In this document: piece by piece, positions 53,273 to 63,960 of the stretch | How the letters are laid out: the number at the start of each line of letters is the position of its first letter | Numbering within the stretch: the stretch's first letter is position 1 | From: Eledone cirrhosa | Taxonomy: Eukaryota | DNA length: 64,000 nt | Reading direction: 5' to 3' | Assembly: GCA_964016885.1 (NCBI GenBank) | Contig: OZ024742.1 | Coordinates: 276,210,001-276,274,000, forward strand | Translations under genes and position numbers: made by a program | Notes under the pieces: generated by a model | The model's input: the letters and a program-made list of their open reading frames with translations, nothing else | Databases searched by the model: none | What the model was told of the DNA's origin: nothing

Positions 53273-56200
53273 TCATCATCATCATCATCATCAACGTTTA
53301 ACGTCCGTGTTCCACGCTTGCATGGGTTTGGACGGGGGTAGTCCCACTTGAGGCAAGAGTGATTGTCTTGCTCGCATAGGACTGTCTGGCAGGTTTTCTA
53401 CAGTTGGATGCCCTTCCTAACACCAACCACATTTACAGTGTGGGTCTGGGAGGTTTTTACCGTGTTGCCTACACGGCCACATTACAGCGTGGACTGTGTG
53501 TTTTTTTGTCGTGACACCTACACGATCTCATTTGTTTCGGCCTCGATGGCGCGGCACCAACATAACTTTACATAGAACGGGGTGGTGTGGATCGGGTGGG
53601 GGTGGTGGGACGGGGTGTATTTGTTAGAGATGCCTACTGGCTGGAGTAGGTTTTACTATATATTTAGGTAAGGCGGGTCTTCTCTGTTACTGAGTACCGC
53701 CAAAGGTCTCGGTCCAGTGACATTGTCTTGGAGAGGTGTAAGTGTGTGATGTCGGAGTTTATCAGCTCGTCCCAGGTTTTTCTAGGTCTGCCTATTCCGT
53801 GACTACCGTCTATCTTTATTGCCCTGCACTTTGTTATACAGCTATCGACTTTCATGCGCATCACGTGTCCATACCAACGTAGCCTTCTCTCGAGTAAACA
53901 ACATCTGATCCCTCTTATCTCTAATTTATTCCTTAGTTCGTTTATGCTTTGCCGTTCACGTATATTACTGTTACACATCCAGCGGAGCATGCAAGCTTCG
54001 TTCCTCTCTAGTCTGCGTATATCCTCTGCACACAATGCCCAGGTCTCACTGCCATGCAGCATTGCTGTTCGTATGCAGGCATCGTACAACCTGCCTTTCA
54101 TTTTTAGTGAGAACCCTTTAGCAGCTAATAGTGGTATAAGCTCTCTGAACTTTTTCCAACCAGTTCTGACTCTAGCTACAGTACTTTCAGAGCACCCTCC
54201 CCCACTGCTGATTTTATCGCCCAGGTAACGGAAGCTGTCCACTATTTCTATAGAACCCTCTGCGCAATTGAAAGAGCTAGTAGTTTGTGGGCACTTGCTG
54301 CTACTTATTGCACCAGAGCACCGGCCACATGTAAAATCTATGTTCTTAGTTAGCCTACCTGTGATCCCACTACATCTTTTATGCACCCATACTTTGCATT
54401 TAGGACATAAAATGGAGTTTCTACCTACGCCTTTCCTACACACCGAGCACGACCATTTCCCAGAAGGGACCGCCGCCTTGTTTTCTTTCCTACAAACTAG
54501 TACTTTGGTCTTAGCCAGGTTAATTTTAAGTCCTTTTGACTCTAGGCCGTGCTTCCATGTTTGGAATTTCTTCTCTAGCTCGGCCATTGATTCCGCTATG
54601 AGTGTCAGGTCGTCTGCGTATAGGAGTTCCCATGGGCAGCCTGTCTTGAACTCCTCTGTTATGGCCTGAAGGGCAATAATAAATAGTAGTGGACTGAGAA
54701 CAGAGCCCTGATGGACGCCGACTTTTACGCTAAACTCTTCACTATATTCGTTGTTAATTCTAACCTTGCTGACTGTTTCTTTATACATGGCTTGTATAGC
54801 CCTCACAAGCCATTCGTCAACGCCTAGTTTTCTAAGAGCCCACCAGATAATGGAGCGGGGGACTCTGTCGAAGGCTTTCTCCAAGTCGACAAAAGCTAAG
54901 TAGAGGGGTTTACCCTTAGCTAGGTACTTCTCTTGTAGTTGTCGTACTATGAAAAGAGCGTCTGTGGTACTTTTGCCTGACACAAACCCGAACTGCATTT
55001 CATCTAGGTCAATTCTCTCTCTGATTAGTTGCGCTATTACTCTTTCCGTGACCTTCATGACCTGGTCGATTAATTTAATGCCTCTATAGTTACTCCTATC
55101 TAGGGCGTCTCCTTTACCCTTATAACAGTTAACGATGATGCTGCTATGCCAGTCCTTCGGAACAACCCCGTTTTGTACGACTTGGTTAACTATGCGGGTG
55201 ACCATGGTGTGTCCCACCGTGCCAGATGCCTTCAGCATCTCAGCAACTATTTCCGAAGGCCCAGCCGCCTTACCGGTCTTCATATCCTTGATTGCCTTAC
55301 TTATTATACTCCCCTCGACTAACACTGCTGGTCCCTCTATTGGGTCGATATGGGGGAGACTGCCTTTCTCCCAATTATTCTCCTCATTTAGAAGCCTTTC
55401 ATAGTGACACTTCCAAGCTACCTTCTTATCAGCGTCGGTGATGGCAAGTGTGCCATCGTCGTTTAGTACACACTTCTCCCCGACAATATCACGGTTTTCC
55501 TTGACGCATTGCCTAGCAATCCTGAACACCTCACGTTTTTGGTCATCGCGTTGTAGAACATGCTTGAACTTTCTTTCCTCAGCTTCCCTTCTTGCTAAGT
55601 ACACTTGTCTCCTAGCTTCCCTCCTGGCCACTTGATAGTCCTCTCTACTTCCCCCATCCCGCCATACTTTCCAAGCCTGCTTTTTGGCCTTAATTGACCC
55701 CTCCACCTTACTGTTCCACCACCATGTTACTCTCCTCCTGCCTACAGGCCTGCTCCAGCCACAGACCTCGTCTGTCGCCAACAGCAGGTTTGCTTTCAGA
55801 AATTCCCACTCTCCCTCTATATTGTCCGACTCTAAATGTTCTTCCTTACTGTCGAAAGCATCAAGTAATATGCTTTGAAATTTATTCCTGGCTGTGGGGT
55901 CCTTTAACTTCCATATTTTCCTCCTGAGGATAGTCCTCTTCTGTTGTCGAGTACGTCTCGTCCTGACTATGAGGTCGCTAATTATCAGTCTATGTTGGGA
56001 GGTGCATTCTTCATGGGGGAGGGATTTAGTGTTAACAACAGACACTCTGTCACGTCTTCTGGTAAGGATATAATCTACCTGGCTTGTGTGTTCCCCGGAT
56101 CTATAGGTGATCAGGTGATTGTCACGTTTTTTGAAGTTAGTGTTACAGATAGTTAGGTTATTTGCATCACAGAATTCCAGGATTCTGGAGCCTTCCTCAT

Positions 56201-56805
56201 TTCTAGTACCAAACCCATAGCCTCCATGGATTTCGTCGTAGCCGTCACAATGTTGTCCAACGTGACCATTTAGGTCGCCTGCGATAATTATATAGTCACT
56301 GTCGGATATTTGGGAGGTAGTTAGCATCAGTGTCTCATAGAATCTGTCTTTTATAGTGCCGGGCAGTCCGGATTGGGGTGCGTACGCAGATATTACTGTC
56401 ACCGTAGTTCTATTGAGGACAAGTCGTATTTTAATTATTCTGTCGTTCACTCTATTTACGTCTATTATCTTATCTGCCCACTTTTCTGCTACCATGATTC
56501 CTACTCCACCCAGCCCATCGTCGTTTCCCACCCAGAAAAGCTTATAACAACGTTTTTTACCCTCAATGAACCTAGCAGACCCACCCCTCCACCTGGTCTC
56601 TTGAATACAACAAACATCGACCTCCTTACGTTCAAGCATTTCTACAACCTCGTTAGCGCGACCCTTTAGGGTGCCTACATTTATGGTACCAACTCTGAAG
56701 TTTTGGATTGCGTTTGGGGGTTGGGGGCGGTGAGGGGCGGGGGGCGATGGGGTTATGTTAGCCGTCCGCGGTCGAAACAATGAGGAGTGCTCGCATTCTC
56801 GTCCA

Positions 56806-56857
<52 letters not shown>

Positions 56858-59800
56858 TGAAGTGAAAACCAACCCAAACCAAACAGTGAGTGTGTTTTAC
56901 TATATTTTTCTGGCAATATTATAAAAAATATAACAATTAAAGTACATTTTGTGAACAGAGATTGTTGTGACAATAGTATGTAGGGTTGGATGCTTTGTAG
57001 CAGGTATGGGTAACCTTTTACAAGCAGTGGATCACATGAGATAAGGCAATAAAATAATTCAAGGTAATTATTCATTAGACATGCGATTCAGAAAGCCAAA
57101 TGGGTTTTATTAGGATCTAGAATGTTAGGTTAATGTTTGATTTGAAATTTATTTTCAATAAACAAATTCTTAGATAAGCCAACTGACTTTTGTTTAACAA
57201 TAGATACCAACCTACTTAAGACCAACCATACTTAAGTATTTTATTTATATTAAGATTAAAACTTTGATTAAAATCTCATAATAATATGAGAAATAATGCA
57301 AGATTTCAATTATTCATGAGTCAAATAAGCCTTTATATGGCCATACAATCTGCTAGAAATAAGTCAAATTTTCCCCAAAATAACACTATCATACTAAAAT
57401 AGGAAAAACATTGGATAATGTAATTATAGACATATCCTAAAAAAGATAGGATGATAATGTATGGAAAACCTTCAATCACAAGAACAAACAATACATAAAG
57501 TTACAGAAAATAAATACCAAGCATCCATTTTGTGAAAGTTGCCATTGAAATGTCTGGTGTCTTGGTACCTGGGCTACTGTTTTCCGCTGCCAAATCAATA
57601 GAAGGGCATTTCACCTGAGAAATGAGCCACATGAAGTGGAATGAGTGATGCAGTGGATACCACTGACTGAGATCTCCACCACAATGCCTTCATCTTATCT
57701 GTGGGACGCAGCTGAAATTTACCACCCAGCCAAGGACGCAGAGATTTTCCTTCCACATTTCTCCCCTCTCTTTTATCTATTTCCTTTCCCTGAACTTCTC
57801 TTTCATCATTATCATCATCACCGTTTTACGTCCATTCTTCCACGCTAGCATGGGTTAAACGGGTTGTCCTGTTGTGGGCAGTGTCTGGTCGGCTGACCTT
57901 GTCTTGCTCATACAGGAACTGATTCTGGCTTGATTTCTACAGCTGCATGCCCTTCCTAACACCAACCTCATTTACAGTGAGTGCTGGGTGCTTTTTTTCA
58001 ATGGCGCCTACACGTCCACTTTTACAATGTGGGCTGGGTACTTTTTTGTCGTTGCACCTCCACGACCACTTTGCAGTGGAATGATAGGGACCCCAGTCCT
58101 ATCATCTCATTTCTACAGCTGAGTAAACTGGAGCAATGTGAAATAAAGTGTCTTGCTTAAGGAAACAACATATCACCCGGTCTCTTTCTGTTTGTAAATA
58201 TACACACTGTGTTCATGTTGGTTAATTTTCTATCTTAACTCCCCAAAATCTTAATTGTATTGAAAGTAAATTAAAATACTTGGCAGTCTATTCATTAGAA
58301 ATATATCTAGGGTCATTTTCAAACAAAAACAGAGGAAAAATAATAAAAACAACAAAGAGTGTAAAGACAATGTATTACAATGTGGAAGGAAGGAATATCG
58401 ATGTTTCAGACAGTTGTCCTTTATCAAGAGAGATGGAAGAAGAACAGATAAGAAATATATTATAATGATTACTTTTTTGGTCACTAAGTTCAATATAAAT
58501 TATGAGACAAAAATATGCATGTCGTTATCAAAGCGGAAGCATAATGAGTCTTTGATAACCACACACTTTTTTTTTCTTTTTCATCTTTATCGCTATTCCT
58601 TTTATCTTCTCGCTGTCATACTTCTTTGATAACCATACTCACACATGTCTCCCACACTGTTTACAATTTTTTTCTTCTCTCTTTCTGTCTATCTCAGCAA
58701 AGGATAATTGTCTGAAAAAATGTATGTTTCTTCCTTTCCTTCACAGCATAATACACTGAATTTTTCTCTTCCATTAATTGTTTTTGCTGTTACTTCCCAC
58801 TCACACCCTCATCTCTTTTTGCTCATAATTTACCCTGGACATTAAAATTTGTCATGTTGATACAAATCAAATCTAGATTCAGGGATGGATTAACCATTAA
58901 GCAAAATCAGCACATGCTTAAGGCTTCAAAGGAAATGGGTCCATCTTATTTAAATTAAATGTCATTCTCAAAAAAAGAAGATTCTATATGGAGGGGAGGA
59001 AGGAGCACCATAATCTTTTATGTGCTTAGGGCTTCAATAAGACTTAATCTGACCTTGCCTGGGTTACACAAAAAAAATTAAACAAGTTTTTAAAAGGAAA
59101 TAATGTTAGCCTTAATAATTTGCTCCCTTGAAAGAACCAATTTACTAGGTATATCTGAATGAGATTATTAATTTTTTTTACAGGCGGTGGATTGGCAGTA
59201 TCGGTAGAGGGTTGGACGCCATGCTTTGACGCAAAGAGTTACAGCCCTTTCCATTCTGAGTTCAAATCCCGCTGAGGTTAACTTTGCCTTTCATCCTTAC
59301 GGGGTCGATAAAATAAAGTACCAGTAATACACTGGGTATTTGCTGGCCTTGTGCCAAAAGTAGAAACAATTATTAATTTTTTTTACGTAATTATTCTAGT
59401 AGATAGCAGCATTTACTCAGGAAAATTTACTCAGTACTGTAGCCTATTGAAAGAATCGTTGTTTAGCTCAACTATCATGATGTTAACTCCTTTGATATCA
59501 ATCCACCTGAAACCACTCCTGATTTTATGGTACAAACTGCTTATTTTTAAATGTTCATACTTATATAAAATTATGATAGAAGGCTTTAATATAAGAAATG
59601 TTTCAGTAATACTCCAAACAACAGCTTACGAATAAGAAACTTGCTTATTTTATTAAATTCCTCCAAATTTGTTATTATTTTTGAAAATTAATTGAGATAT
59701 ATAGACAGTGTATTTCATTTATTGTGCAACCCAGTTACAAAGACCTGCATTGAACTTGAGCTCAAGATTTCTGTAGATGCACATTATCCAATTAGCCATT

Positions 59801-62341
59801 TTTGCCATTATTTATTTACAAATGACCATGCTAAATAAATACAGATATAATGCATTGATTGTTATAAAGTTTACACCTTGTACAGTAAAACTGAACACTA
59901 TTGTCAGGTGACATACACACATCTATATATATATAGACACCACATGACATTCACATCACAATGAAGAATGTTTCATATGCAGTGTCTGCAAACTAAGCAC
60001 AAATACCATCAATCCACAATAAAAATAATAATACTAATTAACTAATAAATAAAAAATATATCACATTGCTTATAAATTCTGTTATCAATGATAATTACAT
60101 TAGACTGACCAAGAAATACAGCTGGATGAATTAAGAACAAGATATGTTTTCAAGCTTATCTTCTATCAATCCCAAACTAACATACTTATCTTATTCCTTC
60201 AAAGAAAAGCTCCACACATTTTGGGAGCCAGTCCAATAAAGTCACATCACATATGTATAGACATAACAGAATAAAAGGTCATGATTGCATTGAATTAAAA
60301 TATACACAAGTTTCTTCAAACTGCAGGAGAGAGAAACTGAAGTGTGACAGTAAAAAATAGTATTTTGAATGCTCCACATGAAATTTGCAACATAAAGGTA
60401 AGAATGGGGTAAACAGCTGTTGTTATTGTACAACCTTTCAACAAAAGACTTGCAGCTGCTAATACCATAGGTGCTCCTTAAGTATCATGTGGTGAGCCTA
60501 ACATCTCTATTGCTATTTCAAAAGATGTCAATTAACAATATATCCCTCCCACAACAATCCCTCTAACACATTGTTGATAATGGCTTCTAAATACAGTGTT
60601 TACATGTGTGTACGCATGTGTGCTTGTGTACAAATTATAGAGACATTTTATATCATGAAAATAAAATGTTTTGGTCATAGTTTGTTAATCCACATGTTGA
60701 AAGGAACATTGTTTCCTGCATTAATAAGTGTCCATGTCACATATTTCACATTTCCTCTAGTTGTTGTTATATTTAGCAAACCCAGTAATTTACATGGAAT
60801 AAGGAAAGAGGGAAATATAAATATACACTTCCCTAATAAAGTCAAACTGATATAAAAAACATCCAGCTGGCTTAATCCTTTCATGACAATACTTCTAATG
60901 CCTCACCATTATCATCGCAGTCTAACTTCTATTTTCCATGCTTGCCTTGGTTTGATCAGATAGCACATGTTGAAGCTCAACTAGTCAGGTGACCACGTCC
61001 TGTTCGTATGATCCATTTTGGCATGGTTTCTACAGCTGGATGCCCTTCCTAATGCCAACTACTTTACAGCATGTAGTGGGAATAGTTTATCATGGCACTA
61101 GCACTACCACCTTACATGGTGGACTGACTGCTTTTCATCATAGCACCAGCGCTGCCACTTTACAAATCAGGCAGGGTGCATTTTATTACGGCACCAGCAC
61201 TACTACCTCATTACAACATTAGGGTGCTCAGTGTCCTTCGTCAATCTTGGAGGGAATTGATGTATGTGTGTGCGGTGGGGTTATCGATAGATATCCTATT
61301 CTTTATCCACAGGTGATTAAACTACTATTCATGTGCATTTGGCACAATTAGTGAAGATATGAAATAACTAGTTCATCATATTTGATACAATTAGTAAGTT
61401 ATTGTTTTTATATCTATTTTTCCATGCTGGCATGGGTTGAATGAAGCCAGAAGCTTATTCTATTTTTATGGGCATTAAGTGACTGTATACTGAGAGTATA
61501 AGACTAAACAGGGTGCCAGTCTGTTTCAGGGCTAACCCCTAGTTGCTGCTGCTGACCCTCATTTTCAGCTGACTGGACTGGGGCAATGTGAAATGAAGTG
61601 CCTTTTTCAAGAACACAATGTATTACTCAGTCTAGGAATAAACTAACTATGCCCCACATCTTCACTTTCATGCAATGATCCACAGTAATCTCCTGAAGCA
61701 GAGCCACTTCATACAAAGACCAACTTCTGATCCCATTGCAAAACAATTTTTACAACAGGTGAAATGGGTTTCATTGAAGTTATTTTTGCATATAGATAGA
61801 CTACACTAAATAAAGGGGTACAGCAATTCATGAACTAAATCCAGCATCATATTAATCAAGTGATTACAACTCTACATTCAACATAAATACTTATTTTATA
61901 AAAGTAAATTAATCTAGGGAATATCTAGATTCTTTTTTTTCGTTTTTGCTATATGTTTTCCAGCAATCTGTTTCTGTAGCTGCATGGTGCTCCTACTATT
62001 ACCTATATAATTGTGAAGTAAAAGCACATCTGAAAGACACAATACAACTGCTGCTGCAAAGTTCAGACTTTATACTAGCACCATATACTATGCCATATAG
62101 TCACTATACATTACAAAAAAAAATTAAAGAAAAAAGAAAATATAAAAATTTGTAGATAAATCTTTGCTAAAGAAATTTCATTATTAAATCTTAATTGAAA
62201 ATTGACAAAAACAAAGCCAATAAATAACTTACCTTTGATGACCCCAGTGCATTGCTATAATCAACAATATTACACAAAATAAGAGTGAAACTGCAACAAC
62301 AATTTTACAGGTATTGTTAAAGCTGGTATCAGTTTGAGGAC
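24562..62341 (-). CDS. BMPR1: BMP type I receptor Ser/Thr kinase (BMPR1/ALK3-6/Tkv class), 5'-partial, spliced: join complement(62233-62341, 49955-50078, 42516-42708, 33505-33684, 32855-32960, 29856-30031, 26372-26502, 24562-24693)
   Basis: Eight exons with GT..AG boundaries and matching phases translate to TM helix, GS box [52 protein letters not shown] (ALK3/6-type), [12 protein letters not shown], and [11 protein letters not shown] followed by a stop. Ectodomain exons were not found in the window. Confidence 0.93.
25840..26140 (+). mobile_element. RTE 3'-UTR-derived repeat (short LINE tail/SINE-like)
   Basis: cacactgtaaagtggtcgtg tandem units plus ggttggcattaggaagggcatccagccatagaaa, as in the RTE 3' UTR. 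Similar pieces lie at about 23330-23440, 25300-25530, 27570-27800, 43300-43450, 49340-49780, 57805-58080 and 60905-61220. Confidence 0.75.
26372..26502 (-). CDS. BMPR1: BMPR1 exon: subdomain X ([44 protein letters not shown])
   Basis: ttctcaag acceptor, gtgag donor, 131 nt. Confidence 0.93.
26600..26870 (+). mobile_element. tRNA-derived SINE of a second family
   Basis: A-box-like tggcctggtggttagg, then ttgtgttcttgagcaaaaca..., with reverse copies at about 58095-58180 and 61555-61640. Confidence 0.5.
27280..27560 (+). mobile_element. Decayed RTE C-terminal fragment
   Basis: Remnants of EKLSIRGI / [21 protein letters not shown], parallel to the RTE C-terminus. Confidence 0.6.
28342..28490 (-). 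mobile_element. 5'-truncated tRNA-SINE ending in a snap-back hairpin (28438-28490)
   Basis: Reverse complement of the 59181 family; 23-nt arms tcggcgggatttgaactcagatc / gatctgagttcaaatcccaccga. Confidence 0.75.
29856..30031 (-). CDS. BMPR1: BMPR1 exon: activation segment to subdomain IX ([25 protein letters not shown]...[20 protein letters not shown])
   Basis: ttgcag acceptor, gtattg donor, 176 nt; within ORF 29827..30093. Confidence 0.94.
30770..30910 (+). mobile_element. tRNA-derived SINE, 5'-truncated
   Basis: Near-identical to 59246-59375 (ctgagttcaaatcccgctgaggttaactttgcctttcatcct...). Confidence 0.8.
31165..31350 (-). mobile_element. LINE (RTE-like) 3' end fragment
   Basis: Remnant RPKGRP.ARWLDDI on the minus strand. 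Confidence 0.5.
32855..32960 (-). CDS. BMPR1: BMPR1 exon: catalytic loop and DLG ([35 protein letters not shown])
   Basis: tcttcaag acceptor, gtatag donor, 106 nt. Confidence 0.94.
33204..33460 (+). mobile_element. R4/Dong-like LINE 3' fragment with an internal 40-bp tandem duplication
   Basis: [19 protein letters not shown]...[16 protein letters not shown] remnants, (TAA)n on both sides, duplication at about 33274-33356. Confidence 0.7.
33505..33684 (-). CDS. BMPR1: BMPR1 exon: kinase subdomains IV-VIa ([28 protein letters not shown]...[12 protein letters not shown]), with shortened L45 loop
   Basis: tttcag acceptor, gtgag donor, 180 nt, in frame with both neighbouring exons. Confidence 0.93.
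34830..35090 (-). mobile_element. RTE-like LINE C-terminal fragment (second family)
   Basis: [22 protein letters not shown] remnants, similar to the insert at 38550-38832. Confidence 0.55.
35430..36531 (+). mobile_element. Decayed mariner transposon
   Basis: [17 protein letters not shown] and later HD / PTDYHLF remnants. Right TIR-like end aaacggcaagaacttgctgtccaacttaaTA; the left end is uncertain. Confidence 0.8.
36771..39253 (+). mobile_element. 5'-truncated RTE LINE copy (RT + PHD finger + 3' UTR + (GAT)n tail) with in-frame stops
   Basis: ORFs 36917-37612, 37613-38128 and 38135-38533 closely match the 53664-56807 protein. ATGTCCT target-site duplication at 36764-36770 and 39254-39260. 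Confidence 0.93.
38550..38832 (-). mobile_element. 3' fragment of a second RTE-like family inserted in the RTE 3' UTR
   Basis: [31 protein letters not shown]. The segment is absent at the equivalent position of the full-length copy (about 53630-53660). Confidence 0.8.
40420..41470 (-). mobile_element. Decayed RTE-clade LINE, endonuclease region
   Basis: [18 protein letters not shown] near 41390-41445, VVQVYAPN and later APE remnants; shares sequence with 7245-7300. Confidence 0.7.
41665..42090. repeat. Imperfect inverted repeat (about 41665-41823 vs 41954-42090), MITE-like
   Basis: ttttctcagacctg...tacttgcc..tagctacatcattg..agctaacagtgtca is mirrored on the right arm. Confidence 0.75.
42516..42708 (-). 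CDS. BMPR1: BMPR1 exon: kinase N-lobe (VQRTIAKQI...[11 protein letters not shown]...[32 protein letters not shown])
   Basis: ttctag acceptor, gtaag donor, 193 nt; overlaps ORF 42442..42678. Confidence 0.95.
45520..46752 (+). mobile_element. Old, internally deleted RTE copy
   Basis: [30 protein letters not shown] and ERRLHWYGH remnants with a (GAT)n tail; the sequence jumps from GVHQ to the C-terminus. Confidence 0.85.
47390..49275 (+). mobile_element. R4/Dong-clade non-LTR retrotransposon (RT + CCHC + REL endonuclease), 5'-truncated and decayed
   Basis: [62 protein letters not shown] and VIVGAL; ends in a (TAA)n run. Confidence 0.85.
49955..50078 (-). CDS. BMPR1: BMPR1 exon: juxtamembrane/GS domain ([42 protein letters not shown])
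   Basis: tttcag acceptor, gtgag donor, 124 nt, canonical GS box. Confidence 0.93.
51233..51430. mobile_element. piggyBac-type MITE
   Basis: TTAA|tcctttagcatt ... aatgctaaagag|TTAA. Confidence 0.6.
52050..53241 (-). mobile_element. maT/DD37D-like Tc1/mariner transposon; 5' TIR present, 3' TIR not seen
   Basis: ORF 52224-53111 has [18 protein letters not shown] and [16 protein letters not shown]. The end tagggtgtggacgatattt resembles the TIR of the element at 2024-3280. Confidence 0.88.
53269..56807 (-). mobile_element. Near-full-length RTE LINE with an uninterrupted ORF (APE endonuclease + RT + PHD finger), 3' UTR and (GAT)n tail
   Basis: More than 1040 codons are open, ending at 53664. Motifs: [57 protein letters not shown]. 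Flanked on both sides by (TA)n. Confidence 0.96.
58880..59057. mobile_element. hAT-like MITE (decayed)
   Basis: cagggatggattaa ... ttaatctgaccttg imperfect TIRs, with the subterminal motif tgctta(a/g)ggcttcaa repeated. Confidence 0.45.
59181..59375 (+). mobile_element. tRNA-derived SINE, near complete
   Basis: A-box-like tggcagtatcgg, B-box gagttcaaatcc, central domain gcctttcatccttacggggtcgataaaataaagtaccag, and multiple copies in the window. Confidence 0.8.
62233..62341 (-). CDS. BMPR1: BMPR1 exon: transmembrane segment ([36 protein letters not shown])
   Basis: tttcag acceptor, gtaag donor, 109 nt. Hydrophobic run; phase 2 end joins the next exon in frame. Confidence 0.8.
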
Positions 62342-62949
62342 CTGAAAATACAAGAATAACACAAATATATTAGAGCAATCTCAATCTTCAATTAAACGTA
62401 TGCAATTGTTGTCTAATTATATATAGGTGAAAAGATATAATCAGTTGAATTGACAGTAGTCAGTTATTCATTTATCTTTGGCATGGTGGTGATATAACTA
62501 CTGTGACTTACAATTTCTAACATAGACCAATACCTTGTGAACACAAACATCAACATAATAATTTGAAAATCATAGGTTCTATGTTTCAGTAGAAATATGG
62601 TAATACAACTAAACTTTTGGGCATGTCATCAGAACAATTGTCCTGCAAGATCTTATTTTAGCAGAGTCAATCAGATTTGTTTCAAAGAGCAGAGTAACCT
62701 TCTGAAAACCAACATGAAGGAAGTATAAGTCTTTGTTTATGGAGGATACCAATGGTAAGTGAAGTATGCGAAAAGATGATATCTAATCACGGAGTGAAAC
62801 AGCTTGAGGAAGTTGAGACTACAAGAAAAACAATTCCGACATCAGAAACATTATCTGCCATTCTATCATGCCTCTTGCAAAACTACCCATGTATGGGTTT
62901 CATCTACCTCTTATGCCTGGAATGGTGGTTTTCTATAAGATTGCACCCT

Positions 62950-63720
62950 TGCAGTGTGTGCTGATAGAGCTTTCTCTGACCCATACTCTACTGACTTGGG
63001 TGTTCCCCAAGCTTCAGTTCTGCCTCCTACACTCTTCAACAATCTATTTAGTGTCACCCCCAACAACACTCACTCCTATACCACTCTTCATTCTACTGTA
63101 ACCTTCCACAACCAAGTGTCATGCACATGCAGCATAGAGACCTCACATCAAATCTGCACTAACTTCATGATCAGAAAATTCAAAATTATCCCCCAATGAG
63201 TTATGCCAATCTTGTCTACTTCAACAGTACAAAGGCACATTCACTAAACATATCTAGAAAATATTATCACACACCTCAATCAGTAGCTCTAATTAAGTAC
63301 TGACTTAGTCTGTGATGACTTGGCTAACCCTTGCTAGCAGGATCAATGGATGTTAAGTGGTGGTGATGATAATCACTCTGTCTAAATATGGATGACATGC
63401 AATTAGAACCTACCAGGTCACCACAAATGCTAGACCTCACCATTTTTTTAGGATATCTCCTGGCAAACACACCACTTCAACATGGCCAAAACCGCATCAC
63501 AAAGTCAAGCTGCCCTCTTCAGCCCCTAACAACCATTAACTTTACAAAGCTCAAGTGAGACCTCAATGACACAGTGCTCCCACATCTGGGATGGTGCTAC
63601 TACTACTACACACACCAAACTTTGACTTCATTTTAAGAAAGGCTACTCAACTGACCGTCATGAAGTTGCTCACCAACACACTTCAATCTCTGGTCACAGT
63701 CCTGTTGTCTCTTCATATTG
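62950..63720 (+). mobile_element. Heavily decayed CR1/L2-group LINE RT fragment
   Basis: LGVPQASVLPPTLF, and later KAQVRP...CSHIWDGA remnants. Confidence 0.6.
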
Positions 63721-63824
63721 CTAACCTTGCAACTGTGAAATGATAATGGCACATGTAATTGACCAAATATACTGAAGTAAATGGAAGCACAATAGGATGG
63801 TTGTAAGAAATTTTGGAATCATGA

Positions 63825-63960
63825 CATAGCTGGATGGTTAAGAAGTCTGCTTCACAATCACATGGTTTTAGATTCGATCTCGCTGTATGGCACCTGAGCC
63901 TCCTGTTGACTCAGAGCCTTGTAAGTGAAATTTGGTAAACAGAAATTGTGTGGAAGCTGA
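63825..63960 (+). mobile_element. tRNA-derived SINE remnant ending in (GA)n/(GT)n
   Basis: tagctggatggttaagaag... and ttcgatc A/B-box-like motifs; similar pieces at about 29030-29130 and 34430-34600 (minus). Confidence 0.45.

Noticed and set aside
59181-59270. A-box/B-box sequence as a tRNA gene
   Set aside because: No cloverleaf; it continues into a multi-copy SINE body.
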